Source: Dipteris shenzhenensis (Eukaryota). From it: DNA of 64,000 nucleotides. Both the position numbers and the translations under genes were made by a program. Each line of letters starts with the position of its first letter. Position 1 is the first letter of the stretch. A model generated the notes under the pieces. The model did no database searches, had not been told where the DNA came from, and was given only the letters and a program-made list of their open reading frames with translations. The stretch lies in assembly GCA_047967505.1 (NCBI GenBank), contig CM106538.1, one strand, 5' to 3'. Shown piece after piece: positions 47,435-62,909 of the stretch.

Positions 47435-50400
47435 CCCCCTCTTGCACGCCAGTGTTTTTGAGCATGACTTTGCTTGTGATGGCCCAATTCTCATCACTTT
47501 TGTCTTACATCCACTTCATTTTTTTGAACGCCTTTCTACGATCTTTTGAAAATATTTTTCCATTCCCCAACTAACCATTTGAAGTAAAATCAAGCAAGAT
47601 GTTGCCAAGGTGCAGGTCTATATGGAACCATTGGGCTTTATGCAAGCATGCTAGTCTAGCCATGAAAGCATCACTTAAATGGTGCACATTAGCACAAAAG
47701 AAGTTGATTCTTTGCGCCATTTCTCTTAATCCTTTGATTGCATCCTCTATTGTGCCTTCTATCTATGCCCTCATCTCAACCCTTGTTACATCAACCATAA
47801 TCGCAAGACGTGAAACCAAGAGGGTTGGACAATGTTTGCATAAATGTGGAGTAAAGGGTTTGGGTCTAGGATCTCCTTAGACTAAGACATTAATGAGAAA
47901 GTGCAAAGGGAAGTCTATGGGGAGGACTTTGTTGGAAGGGTCCCTTGGGGGACACACGCCACACAAGTAGGCTCCATGTGGCAAGCATTGGGTTTAGGAG
48001 TGACTTCTAGAGAGAGAGAGAGCTTCATCATAAAAGAGATTGGAGAGAGACAGAAAAAAATCACATACTCTCGCAGAGGAAGCACTCTCTAGATGTCGTG
48101 GCTCCTCTTTGTTGTGGATGCAATACTAGTATCAGAGACAAAGGTCTTGTGGGATTGGGCAATTAAGGCTCGTAGTGTGTCTTTTTCAATGAAGAACAAT
48201 GTCAACTAAATCAGTATGCTACTTTGCAGTTGATCTTGCACCAGACTAGAAAAGTTTTGGGTCTGATATTCCTTGCAACAATAGATTTTAGGATCTTGGG
48301 GTAGAGATTAACTCTGTATTCCACTACTCATAGGAATTGCATATGGAGAAATGGACATCGGGCTTTTTTTCATCATACAGTAAGGAATTCAAAGGCAACA
48401 AAAAATTTGAAGCACAAAGAGGGAAAGAGATTTTTTCTTGCATCATCGGCATCTATATGCCCCTCTTGAGTAAATCCTTCTTTGCTTTAAGACCCAAGGG
48501 TAGCCCTTTGTTGTAAAGTCTATCACTATGGGAGTTATTCTCACTAAGTAGAAAGTGAATTCAAAAGTAAAGAAACAACATTAGTGACGTGACCTTGATG
48601 CCTGGCTATTCATATAAAGGATGTAAGGAGCTAAGAACTATCTGCAGAGGAAGCCAACAGCATGATGGTTTGCAAGGAAAGAGTTTGGTTGGTCAAGGCC
48701 CATGACCTGATCTGCAAACCGATGACATGATGATCTACACACAAAGAGTTCTTACTAAAAGCCATGTCATTCTAAGGTCTAAAAACTTTAGAAAATCCAC
48801 CTCATAACTTATTTTAAACCACCCCTTGTTTTTCCAAACTTTCTTTTCATCTAAAATTACCTCTTTCTAAAGGATATATTCTTACTCTCCAAATTCGCAA
48901 TCTTTTTAGCCTCTCCGAATTCAAGGAAAGAGGATCAAAGATTGAGATTGGGTAGATCAAGGTTGAAGGCAGTGAATTCAAAGCGGGACTAAAGGGCAAG
49001 ATTGTAAAGCAAAAGAGCAACCCAATTATGAAAACAAATACAATGCCTCAAACAAATACCAAGGAATGGCCATCATATTTTTCTCTCGATAAAGCTTTTG
49101 GCTTTATATTGTTTGGAAATTCTACAATTTTAAAGAGACAACTCCAAAAAGAGATGCGACGATCAAGGGGAGAGAGTAAAGGCTAGAAAAGGAAAAACAA
49201 TAGTTGAAGAGGAAACCCATCAGGAAGCGCATAAAAAATTCAAGAGGATAGTATGGAAATGGACGATGTTCATTACAATGATTATGGAATTCTATATTTG
49301 GAATTCACTGAACTAGAAATTTGAACATAAACTATAGAAAAGCAATTAGGGACTATTAATGGCACATTAAAATCTCTTACTAAGGCCACATCCAAGTTAT
49401 CCTATTCTCAATCAGTGACTCCCATGGCACAATCACCAACTCCTCCTAGTCAAGTTGAGAGGTCCACCTATCGACTTAAACAAACCTCTAATGTTCTTAA
49501 GGACTTGAAACCACCAATTTTCAATGGGAAAGAAAAAGAATGCAACAAGGACGTGATAAAGACATTCTTGCAAAAATGGCAAGATTTCCATCAACTCAGG
49601 AGCACCCCTCCTGAAAATCAAGTCGTGTCCCTTGGGAATAAGGCTTATAAATGGTGGATGAGCCTCACAGAAAATTTTAAGATCCCTAGTTATTGGACTA
49701 AATTTGAATAAGCCTTCTTAAAGGAATTTTTTACTTGAAAATGAGTTAGAAAGAGCTTGGGCGGCTTGGGACAATTGTAGCATGGGTAAGGACACTTTAG
49801 TCGAGTACATAGCGAACTATAGGGAGGCAGTCCTTAAGTTAAAAGGAATTGACAAGTTCCAAAAGGTAAGGGGTTTCATGAGAGGTCTGAAAGACACCAG
49901 GACTATAAGGCTGAGATGAGAAAAAACTCTCTAAAGACCTCTTAAGAAGCAATTAAATATGCCAAAACATATGAGGGCATTACGGGGAAATCTAAAGCTA
50001 GAACTTTGAAATAAACTGGCTTTGTTCCTAAGTTCAATAAATTTTCCAATCTAAAAATAAAAGGGCACTTCAATAAGGAGGCTTCTCAGAAGAGATGTCA
50101 AACACAAAGATACTGCCTCCTGTTCAAAGAAAGAGGATTATGAAAAGGCCAAGCAGGAAAATATTTGCCTCAAATATTTGAGCAAAGATCATGCTACTAC
50201 TGCCCTAAAAATAAATAGGCAGGAGGTAAAGCCCCAAAGAAACGTCCACAAAGACAAGTACACACGCTTAGTGGTACTAAAAAGTACGTTAAGGTAGAGG
50301 GTTTTCATGAGAATAGCACCCACATGTGTTAACTACAATCGGCAATGTGGCAACCCACCTTTGGTCCTCATGAAGATGCATGGAAAAATTAAGGGGCAAA

Positions 50401-51545
50401 GAGTAAGATTGATGGTCAATTATAGTGCCACACATAATTTCTTAAACTATTCATTAGTTAAGAAATTAAAGTTTCCAAAAGAGTCCAAGTGTCCATAAAT
50501 ATGTGATCTCTCTAGTAAAGACTAGCGATAAAAAGGTTTGGGATACCAAGATTCATGGTGTAGAGGTGGATATCCAAGGTTATTAGTATGCCTTGGATTT
50601 CCAAACTATGCATCTTGATCGAACATAGTTGAGACTAGTTGTATAGTCTTGGGGATAGCTTACAGTAGAGTTATTCAAATAATTCCATTATGTTTGAAAA
50701 GATGGTAGAGTCTTCCAGATTCAGGGAGAACATGAACAAGGCTAGGTGTTTCTCTATGAACTAACTTTTATTTGTGACTCTACTTCTGCTACATTTGAAA
50801 AGAATAAATTTTATCTTGATGTGATTAAAATGTATGAATCTTCATTTAAGGATTTAATGGTGGTTGAATTTAAAGATGTCTTTCAGAGTGACTTGCCTGA
50901 TGGTTTACCCTTGAGTGAGATGTAGATCATAAAATAGACATAATTCTTGGATCTAGCCCTATTTGTAAACCACCCTATAGGCTTAGTTAAACAAAAGAAC
51001 GTGAGTTCAAAAGACAATTAGTTGAATACATTAGGAAGGGCCAAATTCAACGTAGTAATTCACCATGGTCATCACCAATTTTACTGGTAAAGAAAAAAGA
51101 TGGCACTATGCATTTCTGCATAGATTATAGAGCCTTAAATCAAATCACAATTAAAAATAAGTATCCTATGCCTTGCATTGATGAGCTCTTTGATCAACTG
51201 CAAGGGGCAAAATATTTTACTAAAATTGACTTAGGATCATGATATCACCAAGTGCAAATTGGAGAAGAGGATGTCCCTAAGACATCATTTCATATTAGGT
51301 ACAGGCATTATCAGTTCAAAGTAATGCTCATATTATGGCACTTATGAATAGTGTCTTGAGACCATATTAAGGAAAATTTGCTGTAGTATTTTTAGATGAT
51401 GTCCTAACCTATAGTAAAACAAAGAAAATGTATTTGAAATTTTTTAGGAAAGGGTTCCAATTTCTTAGAGATGATTCTCTTTTTGCAAAAGAATCCAAAT
51501 GTGAATTCTTTACAAAAGAAGTAAAGTACTTGGGACATATTATAT

Positions 51546-53395
51546 GCCCATCAAGACAATACCATATGGTGCGAAATTCTTATCCCACCCTAAACCTGTA
51601 ACCTGTAATCCAAAAACAAGAACACATTCAGAATACAATGAGACATTCAAAACCCACTATCATCATCATTGCCATCATTGTGATAATTCACGAGTCACTA
51701 TCCTCATCATGTTCGTCATCAATGTCCTCATCTTTAGACCTCTGTGGAAGGAAAATATTATTTCCTTCATCTTCATCCAATTCATCCTCCTCATCACTAT
51801 CCTCCTCAAATGTTGCACCATCAGTCCCTTCCTTATCCTCTTCTTGGGATTCCAGAATCTACAACAATACGACTGCTACAGCATCAGGTGGGATATTGTA
51901 CATCCATTTTGGAACTTTCTCCTCATATCCCACATCTCTTAATGTTTCTAGCATTTTATGATTGGCATAGATGTACACTAGCTTCTCAGCCCCATCCTCT
52001 AGAAGTCTATTTCATAAAGTACTATGAATGTACTTATAATAACTCCAGTTTCTTTCTGAGCCTGAGTTTGAGCATGTCTGAGGAAGAACCCTCATTGCAA
52101 TTGGGTGTAGAAGCTGACACATGCCACCATTCATCATCCACCATTTCCAAGTAGATGTAGTTTCTTCCAATGCTTGAACATCACACGTTGCAAACAACCC
52201 CTCCTTGCATCGATACTTGGCTAACTCGTTACAACACTTTGCAAATTCATGGTTTTAGGAATAATATTGTCGCACGGCCTTATGAAACTCATACATAACA
52301 ATTGGGATCTCTTCTGGCTTCATATTTCACCACTCGAGGTCTAAAAGGTACACAACACTATGCAAGGGATTGTGAGCTAGCTTCCATCGAGGCCTAAACA
52401 ATTGCCACAATTCCTTGCATTTTGTAGCATTAAAATTTGGTCTTCTCTCATTCTCTTGACCTGGGCGAGTAGGGGTATTCCTCGCAATAAGAACTTGCTC
52501 AATACTCCAAAAGTGCATCCATTCTTTTTCGACTATTGGAGCCTTTGAGTCCAAAGCCCTAAACACATATAATAACATTAGTAGCATCCTCAAATCATTT
52601 CCATAATGTAGGGGATCCCAATGTTTCTTTTAGGTCATACATTTTCTTGTTTGTTTCCCTATCAATCATCAACTCTGACATCCATCATTCAAATGAATCA
52701 CAATGAAATGCCTCTATAAGAAAACTCCTATTCGTCACCAAGGACTGCAAAGTGTAGAAGTACATGGAAAATTTCGTGGTGGTTGGCAATTGCAACATGT
52801 TAGAACCATCATAAGACATAAAGATTGATTTGATTGTATTAACTTAACGATGTATCAAGCCTCTCAAATAATCTCTTTGAACCATGGCACTTGTTTATAC
52901 TAATCTTTTAATGTAATATTTAAAGCATATGTGCAACAAGAAGATGCATATAGATTGGTATACTCCCTTTGCAATATTCTACCCACTTGTTTATAACTCT
53001 TGGCATTATCCATGACAACCTACAGAACCTTTTCAAGGCCTAACTCTCTTATGACCTTTGATAATAAGCTAGCTATATATGTCCCCAACTTCTTTACATG
53101 TGAGGCATCAATTGACATGTGAAAGGCCTCCCCATGCGGCAATACAACCATCACATTTCATAAAGAATGGAATTTTATGCTTGTCCACCTGTCTGAGACA
53201 ATTGTATATCCAATGTTATGCAATTGCTCAAAAATGTTGCGATTTATGTGATCTTTCTCTTCTGCATATGCGTTGTCTAACAATGTTGTACGCAATGTGT
53301 GGTATGAAGGGGGCTTGAAGCCCAGTCCATAGTTAGCAATGCCATTCCATGTAGCTCTCATATATTGTTGTTGACCAAACTCAGTGGACCACAAG
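51546..53395 (-). mobile_element. hAT transposase remnant (DUF659-type)
   Basis: GFKPPSYHTLRTTLL, GYTIVSDRWT, decayed V.DNA and C..H.LN motifs, RW...HNPLH...YLLD, acidic tail. Confidence 0.82.
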
Positions 53396-53685
53396 ATTGA
53401 TCTACCAACAATGAAGAGGTTAAAACTCCAAAATTAGCCACACTATTTGTTATTTAGAAATTGTATGGGCTGCCAAAGCTAGTATTATTAGTGATCGGGA
53501 TAGCAAATTTAATAGCCATTTTTTGGAGGGGCTACATTTATGAGGTTGGAAGCTTCTTTGAATATGAGCACCACAGATCATCCACACAAAGTGATGGTCA
53601 AACTGAAAGGGTCAATCCTGCCACACTAATGATATGCTTCGAGCATATTTAAGTACAAAGCAAACTAATTGGGAGCAGTATTTGT

Positions 53686-53702
53686 TGAAGGCACATGGTA
53701 GA

Positions 53703-53758
<56 letters not shown>

Positions 53759-55364
53759 GAGGGTAGGCTAGGGAGAGAGGAAGTGATTCTCAAAGAGAGA
53801 CATAATGAAATAGAAATGAAATGACTAGAGCAATGAACCAAAATGAAAGTACTCACACGTAGACCAAAGATCTTGTAGCTTGATACTTGATTCATATGAC
53901 AAGTGATAAGTACAGCTCTTATATAGAGCACACACACACATATGAGTACCAATGCATATGGGATAACTCCCAATGTGACACATGGCATCCATAGGACACA
54001 CTAGACTAAAACTAGAACAAACCAAAACTGACTCAACTTGACTCCATTTTCTAACACCCCCCATGGAGGAAAGGTGGGTGACTACTAGAATGGAACCAAG
54101 AACAGAACATGATAATGATGATCATCGAACTTCACAATGATGGTTTAGAGGCTCCATGCTAACTCTGAGGCAAGTGAGCATGGCTTAGAGGCTAGGAGCA
54201 TGGTATAGACTCATAGGTTCACCTAGCATGGCTCAGAGGCTCATCATACATGGATGCATGACCAACTCAGAGGTCTAGGAGACCAATGCACCAACATCCT
54301 AGAACTCACATGCGAGGCCTGATAAATAGACCTATCAAAGCCAATACATGGCTTCCATAGTACATCCCCCTCCTGGGTCTAGGGACTAATGAGGGACATG
54401 GAGCCACACATGACAAATATAAAATCAATACCTCATTTTAGGAGGACTATCCAAGGTTGAGGACCTTTATTGACCCCAATCATAGAAAATAAAAATATAC
54501 TTCATTCATTTTAAGCATAGCAAGTGTAGAGAACTCGTAAATGACCCCAAGTAGTTGCACATAAGACTATACATCTCGATCCGAAGAAGTATGTTGGTGA
54601 AGAATATGGCAAGAATGCCTCGAATGATATGTCAATGTCGGCCATGGGAGCAACTACAAGTAGCAATCACATGATGACTCTCAAAATGTCGTGATGTGAG
54701 TCACCGGCGGATGTAAAGAGGCTCCAAAAAATGAGCGAAAATGCTCAAGGGAGCTGCCCAATTGAAGACACAAATCTTGGGCCACTCAAATCAGATTTGT
54801 GAGCACCAACAGGAAGCTCGAATGAAGACGGTAAGAGAGGCAATCTATGGCAAAATCAAAAGAAATTTTTGGCATGGTTTTGAGGGCAAGAGGAACAGAG
54901 TAGATGGCATCAGATGATGGCTCGAAAATTGAGGCTGTAAGCAATTATAAATGGCATGAAAATTGAGGGGAGGGGCAACTGCAAGTGGCACTCCAATCAA
55001 GACTGGAGCAGCTACTGTTGGTGGAAGTCCCAAGGGCAATGGTGTCACATCTGTATGAGTAGAGTGGAAGCCTATACAGACTATACAGCAGGCTCTTCGA
55101 TGTGTACACAGTCTAGTGTGGTGCAACAAGAGCAGGCAACAATCCTAAGGTAGTACGGGCTAATGGGGTTTCTTTTGGCTAGGCATTTAAAGCTAAACGG
55201 GTACTTGATGGCGAGGAACCATTGCGATGCTAAGGGAATGGGGGCCCTACCTTGGAGGAGAGGGGAGCTTCCATTTGCGAGCTTCTCTCATCCTCTAGAT
55301 AGAACAAGAAGAAGGGGAATATTGGAAGGGAGTCTTTGATATGACATGAAGGCACATGGTGGAA

Positions 55365-55422
<58 letters not shown>

Positions 55423-55728
55423 GGCTAGGGAGAGAGGAAGTGATACTCAAAGAGTGACATAATGAAATGGAAATGAAATGACTAGAGCAATGAATCAAAA
55501 TGAAATTCCTCACATGTAAACCAAAGAGCTTGTAGCTTGATACTTAATTCATGTGACAAGTGACAAGTACAGCTCTTATATAGAGTGCACACACACATAT
55601 GAGTACCAATGCATATCGGATAACTCCCAATGTGACACGTGGCATCCATAGGACACACTAGACTAAAACTCACACTGGACTCACTAGAACAAACCAAAAC
55701 TGACACAACTTGACTCTATTTGCTAACA
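53686..55728 (-). mobile_element. Non-autonomous LTR element (~2 kb) with (GA)n-containing LTRs, inserted into the chromovirus integrase
   Basis: LTRs at 53686-54056 and 55347-55728; PPT as a C-run at 54057-54062; decayed PBS. The host INT reads NWEQYL|PTLEFAY across the insertion. Confidence 0.85.
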
Positions 55729-58700
55729 TTTTCCCACATTAGAATTTGCATATATAGTGCCAACATTCAACTACAACAGGTTTTAGTCCATTCATGATGA
55801 TGATGTATGGATTTCAATCTAGAGCCCTAGTTGCAGTGGGATTCGAAAAAGACAAGGTTCAAGTGGCTGAGCATATGAATCAAATGCTTAAGCTAGCTAA
55901 AGAAAGCATCAGGACTCAGGATAGAGCAAGAAGTTATGAAACCCCCATCGTAGAAGGTTGGAGTTCGAAGTAAATGAGAAAGTCTACCTTAGGGTACTTG
56001 AATCTTTAGAATCCCTAAAGATAGATAAATGTCCAAAGTTGTCTCCTAGGCATGGTGAACCATTTACAATACTTAAGAGAATTAAAGAACAAGCTTACAA
56101 ATTAGCCTTACGAGAGGGATGTAGAATACATCTAGTTTTTCATGTAAATAAGCTAAAAAGAAAATTAGGAGATGATGATAATCTCATTGGAAATGACATC
56201 CTAGTTCACCTCATTGAAACTGCTACTATACCACATGAACCAAAAAGAAAGATCGACAAGAAAAATGCATGCGACATACAATATGCACGAATGTCTAGAT
56301 AGCTGGAAAGATAGACCTAAAAAGAGAGTTCAACATCGAAAAGAGTAAGCACTCTCTAGAGGAGGTTTCCCAATTTTATTTTCAAGGACGTAAACCATTC
56401 TTAGGAGTAGGGAATGTTATGTCAGCCATAATCATGGAAGATCATGGCTTGGTTATGGGGCAAGGAGCGAAACCACATGGGCAAGACAATGTTTTTGTAA
56501 GTGGGGTCGAAAGGGCTTGGTCACCCTTAGACTAAGACATAATGAGAAGGTGCAAAGGGAAGTTATGGGGAGGACTTTATTAGAAGGGTCCCTTGGGGAA
56601 CACACACACAAGTAGGCTCCATGTGGCAAGCATTGGGCTCATGGGGGGCTGAGAGAGACAGACAGACAGACAGAAAGAGACTGAGGTAGAGATAGAGACA
56701 AAGAGAGAGCTTCATCATGAAAGAGGCTAGAGAGTGACAAAAAAAACAAATCACATATGTTCACAGGGGAAGCACTCTCTAGAGGTTGTGGTTGGGTGGA
56801 GAATCGCAAGAGAGCCCTCTTTTTTGTGGATGCAATAACCCCTCCCCCTAAGTATGCATCAATGTAACACCTAAAGGACCACCCTTCATTAAATGGCAAC
56901 CTGGGGAAATGTTGAGAAATGCCCCCACCATTAAAGTATGGTGTGATGGTCTAGAGAGGCTTATCTATGGTAGGAACAAAAACTAGGACAAGGACAGGGT
57001 GTGCTATTTGCCGGGCCACCTCTCTTTGTGCTTCTCATCTATGAATCCTGACATTACCCTTGTACTTCATGCCAGCATACCATACATGTTGTAATAGACT
57101 ATAACCTATTAGACGGACTCGATAGATAGTCCCAATCTTTTTAGCTCAAACCTCTTTCTCTATGATAAATGTCACAAAAGTAACATTTTATATGTGATAC
57201 CTCGCCACTATACTTTTCATGTGTCACCTCCAAAAGCACCTTCCCTTTCAAGACTACAATGCCTCCCTCTTCATCTTACTTAGCTCGCTTCATTTCCATT
57301 CCAAACATCAAACCTTCCTTCTTCACCCAACTCTTAATCATGAGGTTCTTCTTGTTAGATTGTAAGACTTTAGCTTTAAGTAGAGCCCACATTGCATCCC
57401 ATCATTCCATCTGTGATGCACTAAAATAGTTTTGGCAAATGTTGGCCTTGCAACACATGATTGCCCAAATTATGTGTAAACATTGCCAATGGTGGATTCA
57501 ACACAGAGCAATGCATTTGACTCCCAATTCACAATGATGATACCCACTAGTTTGAGCATCTGCTTCCAACATCTATTGCATGTCTACTATGGCCTTGGCC
57601 TTCAAATTATGTGACCTATCTGTGCTCTTTATTGTGGCATCCATCTCTCTCTCTTACATGCTATTTATCTACTCTAGAAACTACTCTCAAAGCATTTGGC
57701 TAATTAGCCTATGTTGTGTGTTTTTAACTCGACATACTTGTGCTTAGAGCCAGTGTAACCTTCCATCTCACAAAAAAGGATGTGCAAAACTTTGCAAGTT
57801 GCATAACAATATCTAAATATACAAAATCCAAGTATTAGTGCAACTTATGATGTACAACATATAGTGCATGATACATAATGTATGTTTAAAAAACAACAAG
57901 ACCACCTTCCTCTTTGAGAGAATCTAGGGACTTGACCTTAGGAGTAGTCCCATCTAGCCCCATCACCTTGTGGGCATAGGGGCTAGGAACCATTCCTTGG
58001 GTCCTTGGGTGGGGCTTAGGAGAAGAGAGGAAAATTACCTCACAAGTTCAAAGCAATCAAAATGGCCAAACTAGCTCTTATATAGATGTAGTGATAAGAG
58101 CTCATAGGCATTATTTGCAATAATAGTGGTAAAGACACCATTATCGTCACCACTATAATGCTAGTGGTAAAGACACCATTAGCATCACCACTACCCTATA
58201 CCACCTATAATAATAATACTACTAGTGGTTTGTTTTTGTGTACTTTCATCATCGGTCATATTGCTTGTACCGATGTTAATAGCCAATCTACCGCTAGGCC
58301 TTCTTTGCCAACAGTAAATTACTTTTGATCGATTGTATTAGCAAAATTAATGATAGTAATATGCCAATTTCTCATTAGTTTGCTTACCAAGAGGGTTTTG
58401 CCATCATTGTGTGTGGGATTTCACAAAAAAGGTGTTCACAAATGTAATTCGCACAAGTCCATGTGATTAGGTGAATATGTAATCCTCGCCAAGTCTAGTT
58501 GAATTATGTGCCTTTTAGTAAGGTGTCAAAATAAATGGCAATGGAGTAGATGCCACAAGATCAACATCAACACAACAAAAATATATTTCCATAAGCAATT
58601 ACCGAGATCTTCTCTCCTGCATTAGGCTCAACCCCTTTGTTGGTCAATGAGCATTTCAAACGTGCCTTAGGTGACTCTCATAAGTGGCTGATGAATGATG

Positions 58701-60968
58701 AATGAATACAAGACCAAGGGTTCCTATTTATATAGCAAGCCCTAGAGAAGTGGACTTATGGGATAATTGAAATAGCCACCCATAAGTACAAGCAAACATC
58801 CTTAACATGGTGCAACTCCAATGTCTCTCAAGGGAGCTCACAACATGGAGATGCATGTTAGCACATCGAAGCACACATATTCCAACACATGATCTCATCT
58901 ACATGGTTGTAAGATGGTAAGATAGTAATGCACACATGCTGATGCCGATGCTCCTTAACATCTATCTAGTTGCTTTAAAGGATCTCTACATGCTTGCATC
59001 CAAAGCCATGGACTCAATACAACCTCCTTGATGAGAGACTAAGTCCATGTCCTCCTCAAACATGCTCTGCTCATAGCAGCTCAATCAACTCGTGCTTTCA
59101 ATAATCACCCGGATAGTTAATCAAATATGTTGTGGAACTTTGTATTAGTCTTTGGGGCAATAAGATGATGGAAGAGAATCACACTGATTTGCTAACTCCC
59201 ACCTCAAGCCATCTGCATCTAACCAGCTACATACGGCAACGATGGACAATGCATCCTTTGAATTCCTTACAACATGGACTTCCATCAAGGGAAACCTATT
59301 TTGATAAGTCTAGCAAGCTAACCCGTGATGAATCCATGCATACGCTTGCATAGCAAGTTGAGGTCATCCCTCTCTAGATGCTCCAATTAAGATGTTGCCA
59401 CCTCACATCTTCCCAACATTGGGTGTGAGTCCCAACTAGGTAGTGAAGAGAATATCAAGAGTATTTTTTCGGTTAATTGTTACATTTCATAAGAATGTTC
59501 ACTTCTTATATATCAAATGTCAATGCTACTCATGACCTTGACCGTGGACCGCAAAGTTCTCAACAATCACAGAATATGCAAACTTGGTTTAGAGTTAGTA
59601 ACATCTTTATGAGAATGTATTCGATATACGCAAGAAGATGCATTGATTGATATGTTCTATGATTGGTTTGTTCGTCATGTGGATTAATTAGCATTAATGA
59701 CCAAAACCTTAGTATCTACATGTGGTATGGTTTCTACAAATTCGATTCTTTCATTTAATTATGTTCTAAGCAAGTTCATTTTTTTGAGACAATAGTGAAG
59801 GAAATGAAAGAGTTTGGCTATCAAGGAGAAAACCCCAAAGGATGAAAGGAGGGTGGTTCGATTATTAGTCACCCAACCGAATTCGAAAATCTCTCTTTAT
59901 AGTTGACCTTGTCACACTTTGTTCATGAGGACAGATGAAGAAGATAAAATTTTGGGGAGGTGTTACAAGGGAACGGAACATAAGTGAAATCAACTAAGCA
60001 CTAGAATGAGCAAATAAAAACCTTTATCCTTTATGTGGCCCTACTCAACTTCTCTTCAAATTTCAATTAATTAGTTTTCCACCAATCAAATATAGATAAT
60101 TAACCTAAGTTAACTGCCCCCAAAATTTGGAAACTATTAACCTTAGAAGTAAAAATTATCCTCCCCCCTCCCGAATTTTTTTTTAAAAAAAGGATCGTGC
60201 CTCTCTCCCCTCCCCAAGCTCTCCCTACCTCCACGTGCATCTCCTTTTTTATTTGGTGCCTATCAAATAGGTGCCCCATCATATGAAAAATGGATAATTC
60301 CTATTAATTAGTTGTGGAGAAAGGAAGAGGGTAAGGCCATGACTAAACTAAGTTATAAAGGGGGGAGGCACTGATTAAAGAATAATGGAGGATAGGGGCA
60401 TTAAAGAAGGAGGGACATGAGATTGGGGAGGGGATGAAGAGGGAGGGACCACTCATTATAGAGGAAAGGAGATCTCAAAGGAGGAGGGAGGTGAGGGAGC
60501 ATTTATAATACTATTATAAGGAAATGGGCATATAATGTTACTCTATAGCTTAGTGGCAGGGCTCGCGCATGGGAAAAAGATGGTTTTGAGTTTGAATATT
60601 TTCTTAAACCTTTGGGAAAGCCCCCCTTGGACATAGTCTATGCATACAATACATTAACCCATGCAGAAACATAGGTTAATTAATCCATAAATAAATTAAT
60701 CCATAGAGAACACGAAGAAAAAAGAGGTACTACAATTTTTTGAAAATCAAAAGGAAGACACTTAGCAAAGCAAAGCAACACTTATCTCGTCATCATGGCC
60801 CTTCATAAGGAAGCAAAATAGAAATGCTTAGACAATATAGCTAATAGGAAAGGATTTATTGCAATATCAGCAAGCCCCAATATGGATGAAAACTTCATAG
60901 GGTGAAATTCTCGAGTCCACTAATAGGACTAGGGACATATATTTCTTCATCAAACTAAGAGCATGCCC

Positions 60969-61050
60969 AAAATCTCTTCATTGACCTCCCAAAGTCTCCC
61001 ACAAACGAAATCTCTTCATTGACCTCCCAAAGTCTCCCACAAACGAAATC
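60969..61050. repeat. 38-bp tandem duplication downstream of the protease
   Basis: AAATCTCTTCATTGACCTCCCAAAGTCTCCCACAAACG occurs twice. Confidence 0.9.
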
Positions 61051-61442
61051 ACTAATAACAGACTATTATGAGACAGACAGAAATTGGATTTCACCAAAGT
61101 GTAGAAAGACTTGTAGGGTTCACAATCTACGAATCATTGTCTTCTGTATGTGGTAATCCGCGCAAATGAAATCAAGATAAATCGGTTAAACAGGAGCTAA
61201 TGAAGTGCAATGTTTGAAGACAATCGAAAGAAGTTTGTGTCTCTAAATACCAGAAAGTTGATTTATTGGCTGGTCCAAAGCTTCAATGTACAATGCCAAC
61301 GTAAACTCTAAGAGAGCAGAAAGCATCAAAGTGAATGCAGAATTACACTGTACAGAGACGATCAATGTTATCAACAGTAGAGTGAACTGAGTTTAAGGCT
61401 CCCCTGGGATCACCAACGTTTTCTCCAAATCTCAGTCTTTGA

Positions 61443-62860
<1,418 letters not shown>

Positions 62861-62909
62861 AGCCAGAGCTCGAGCTCACAAAAAAATGAACTGTATCACG
62901 AAGAAGACG

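Larger units (their letters stand above)
47784..56837 (+). mobile_element. Old chromovirus-type Gypsy LTR retrotransposon with nested insertions
   Basis: Diverged LTRs at 47784-48125 and 56415-56837; PBS TAGTATCAGAG at ~48127; PPT before 56415; imperfect TSD ACCCT/ACCCC. Gag KPPIFNG, PR-like [44 protein letters not shown]-terminal KLSPR/VFHV/EP. Confidence 0.85.

Noticed and set aside
56900-59420. Possible decayed coding sequence, CACTA-like motifs and an LTR-like block at ~58524-59022
   Set aside because: No recognisable domain, partner LTR, TIR pair or TSD that I can support
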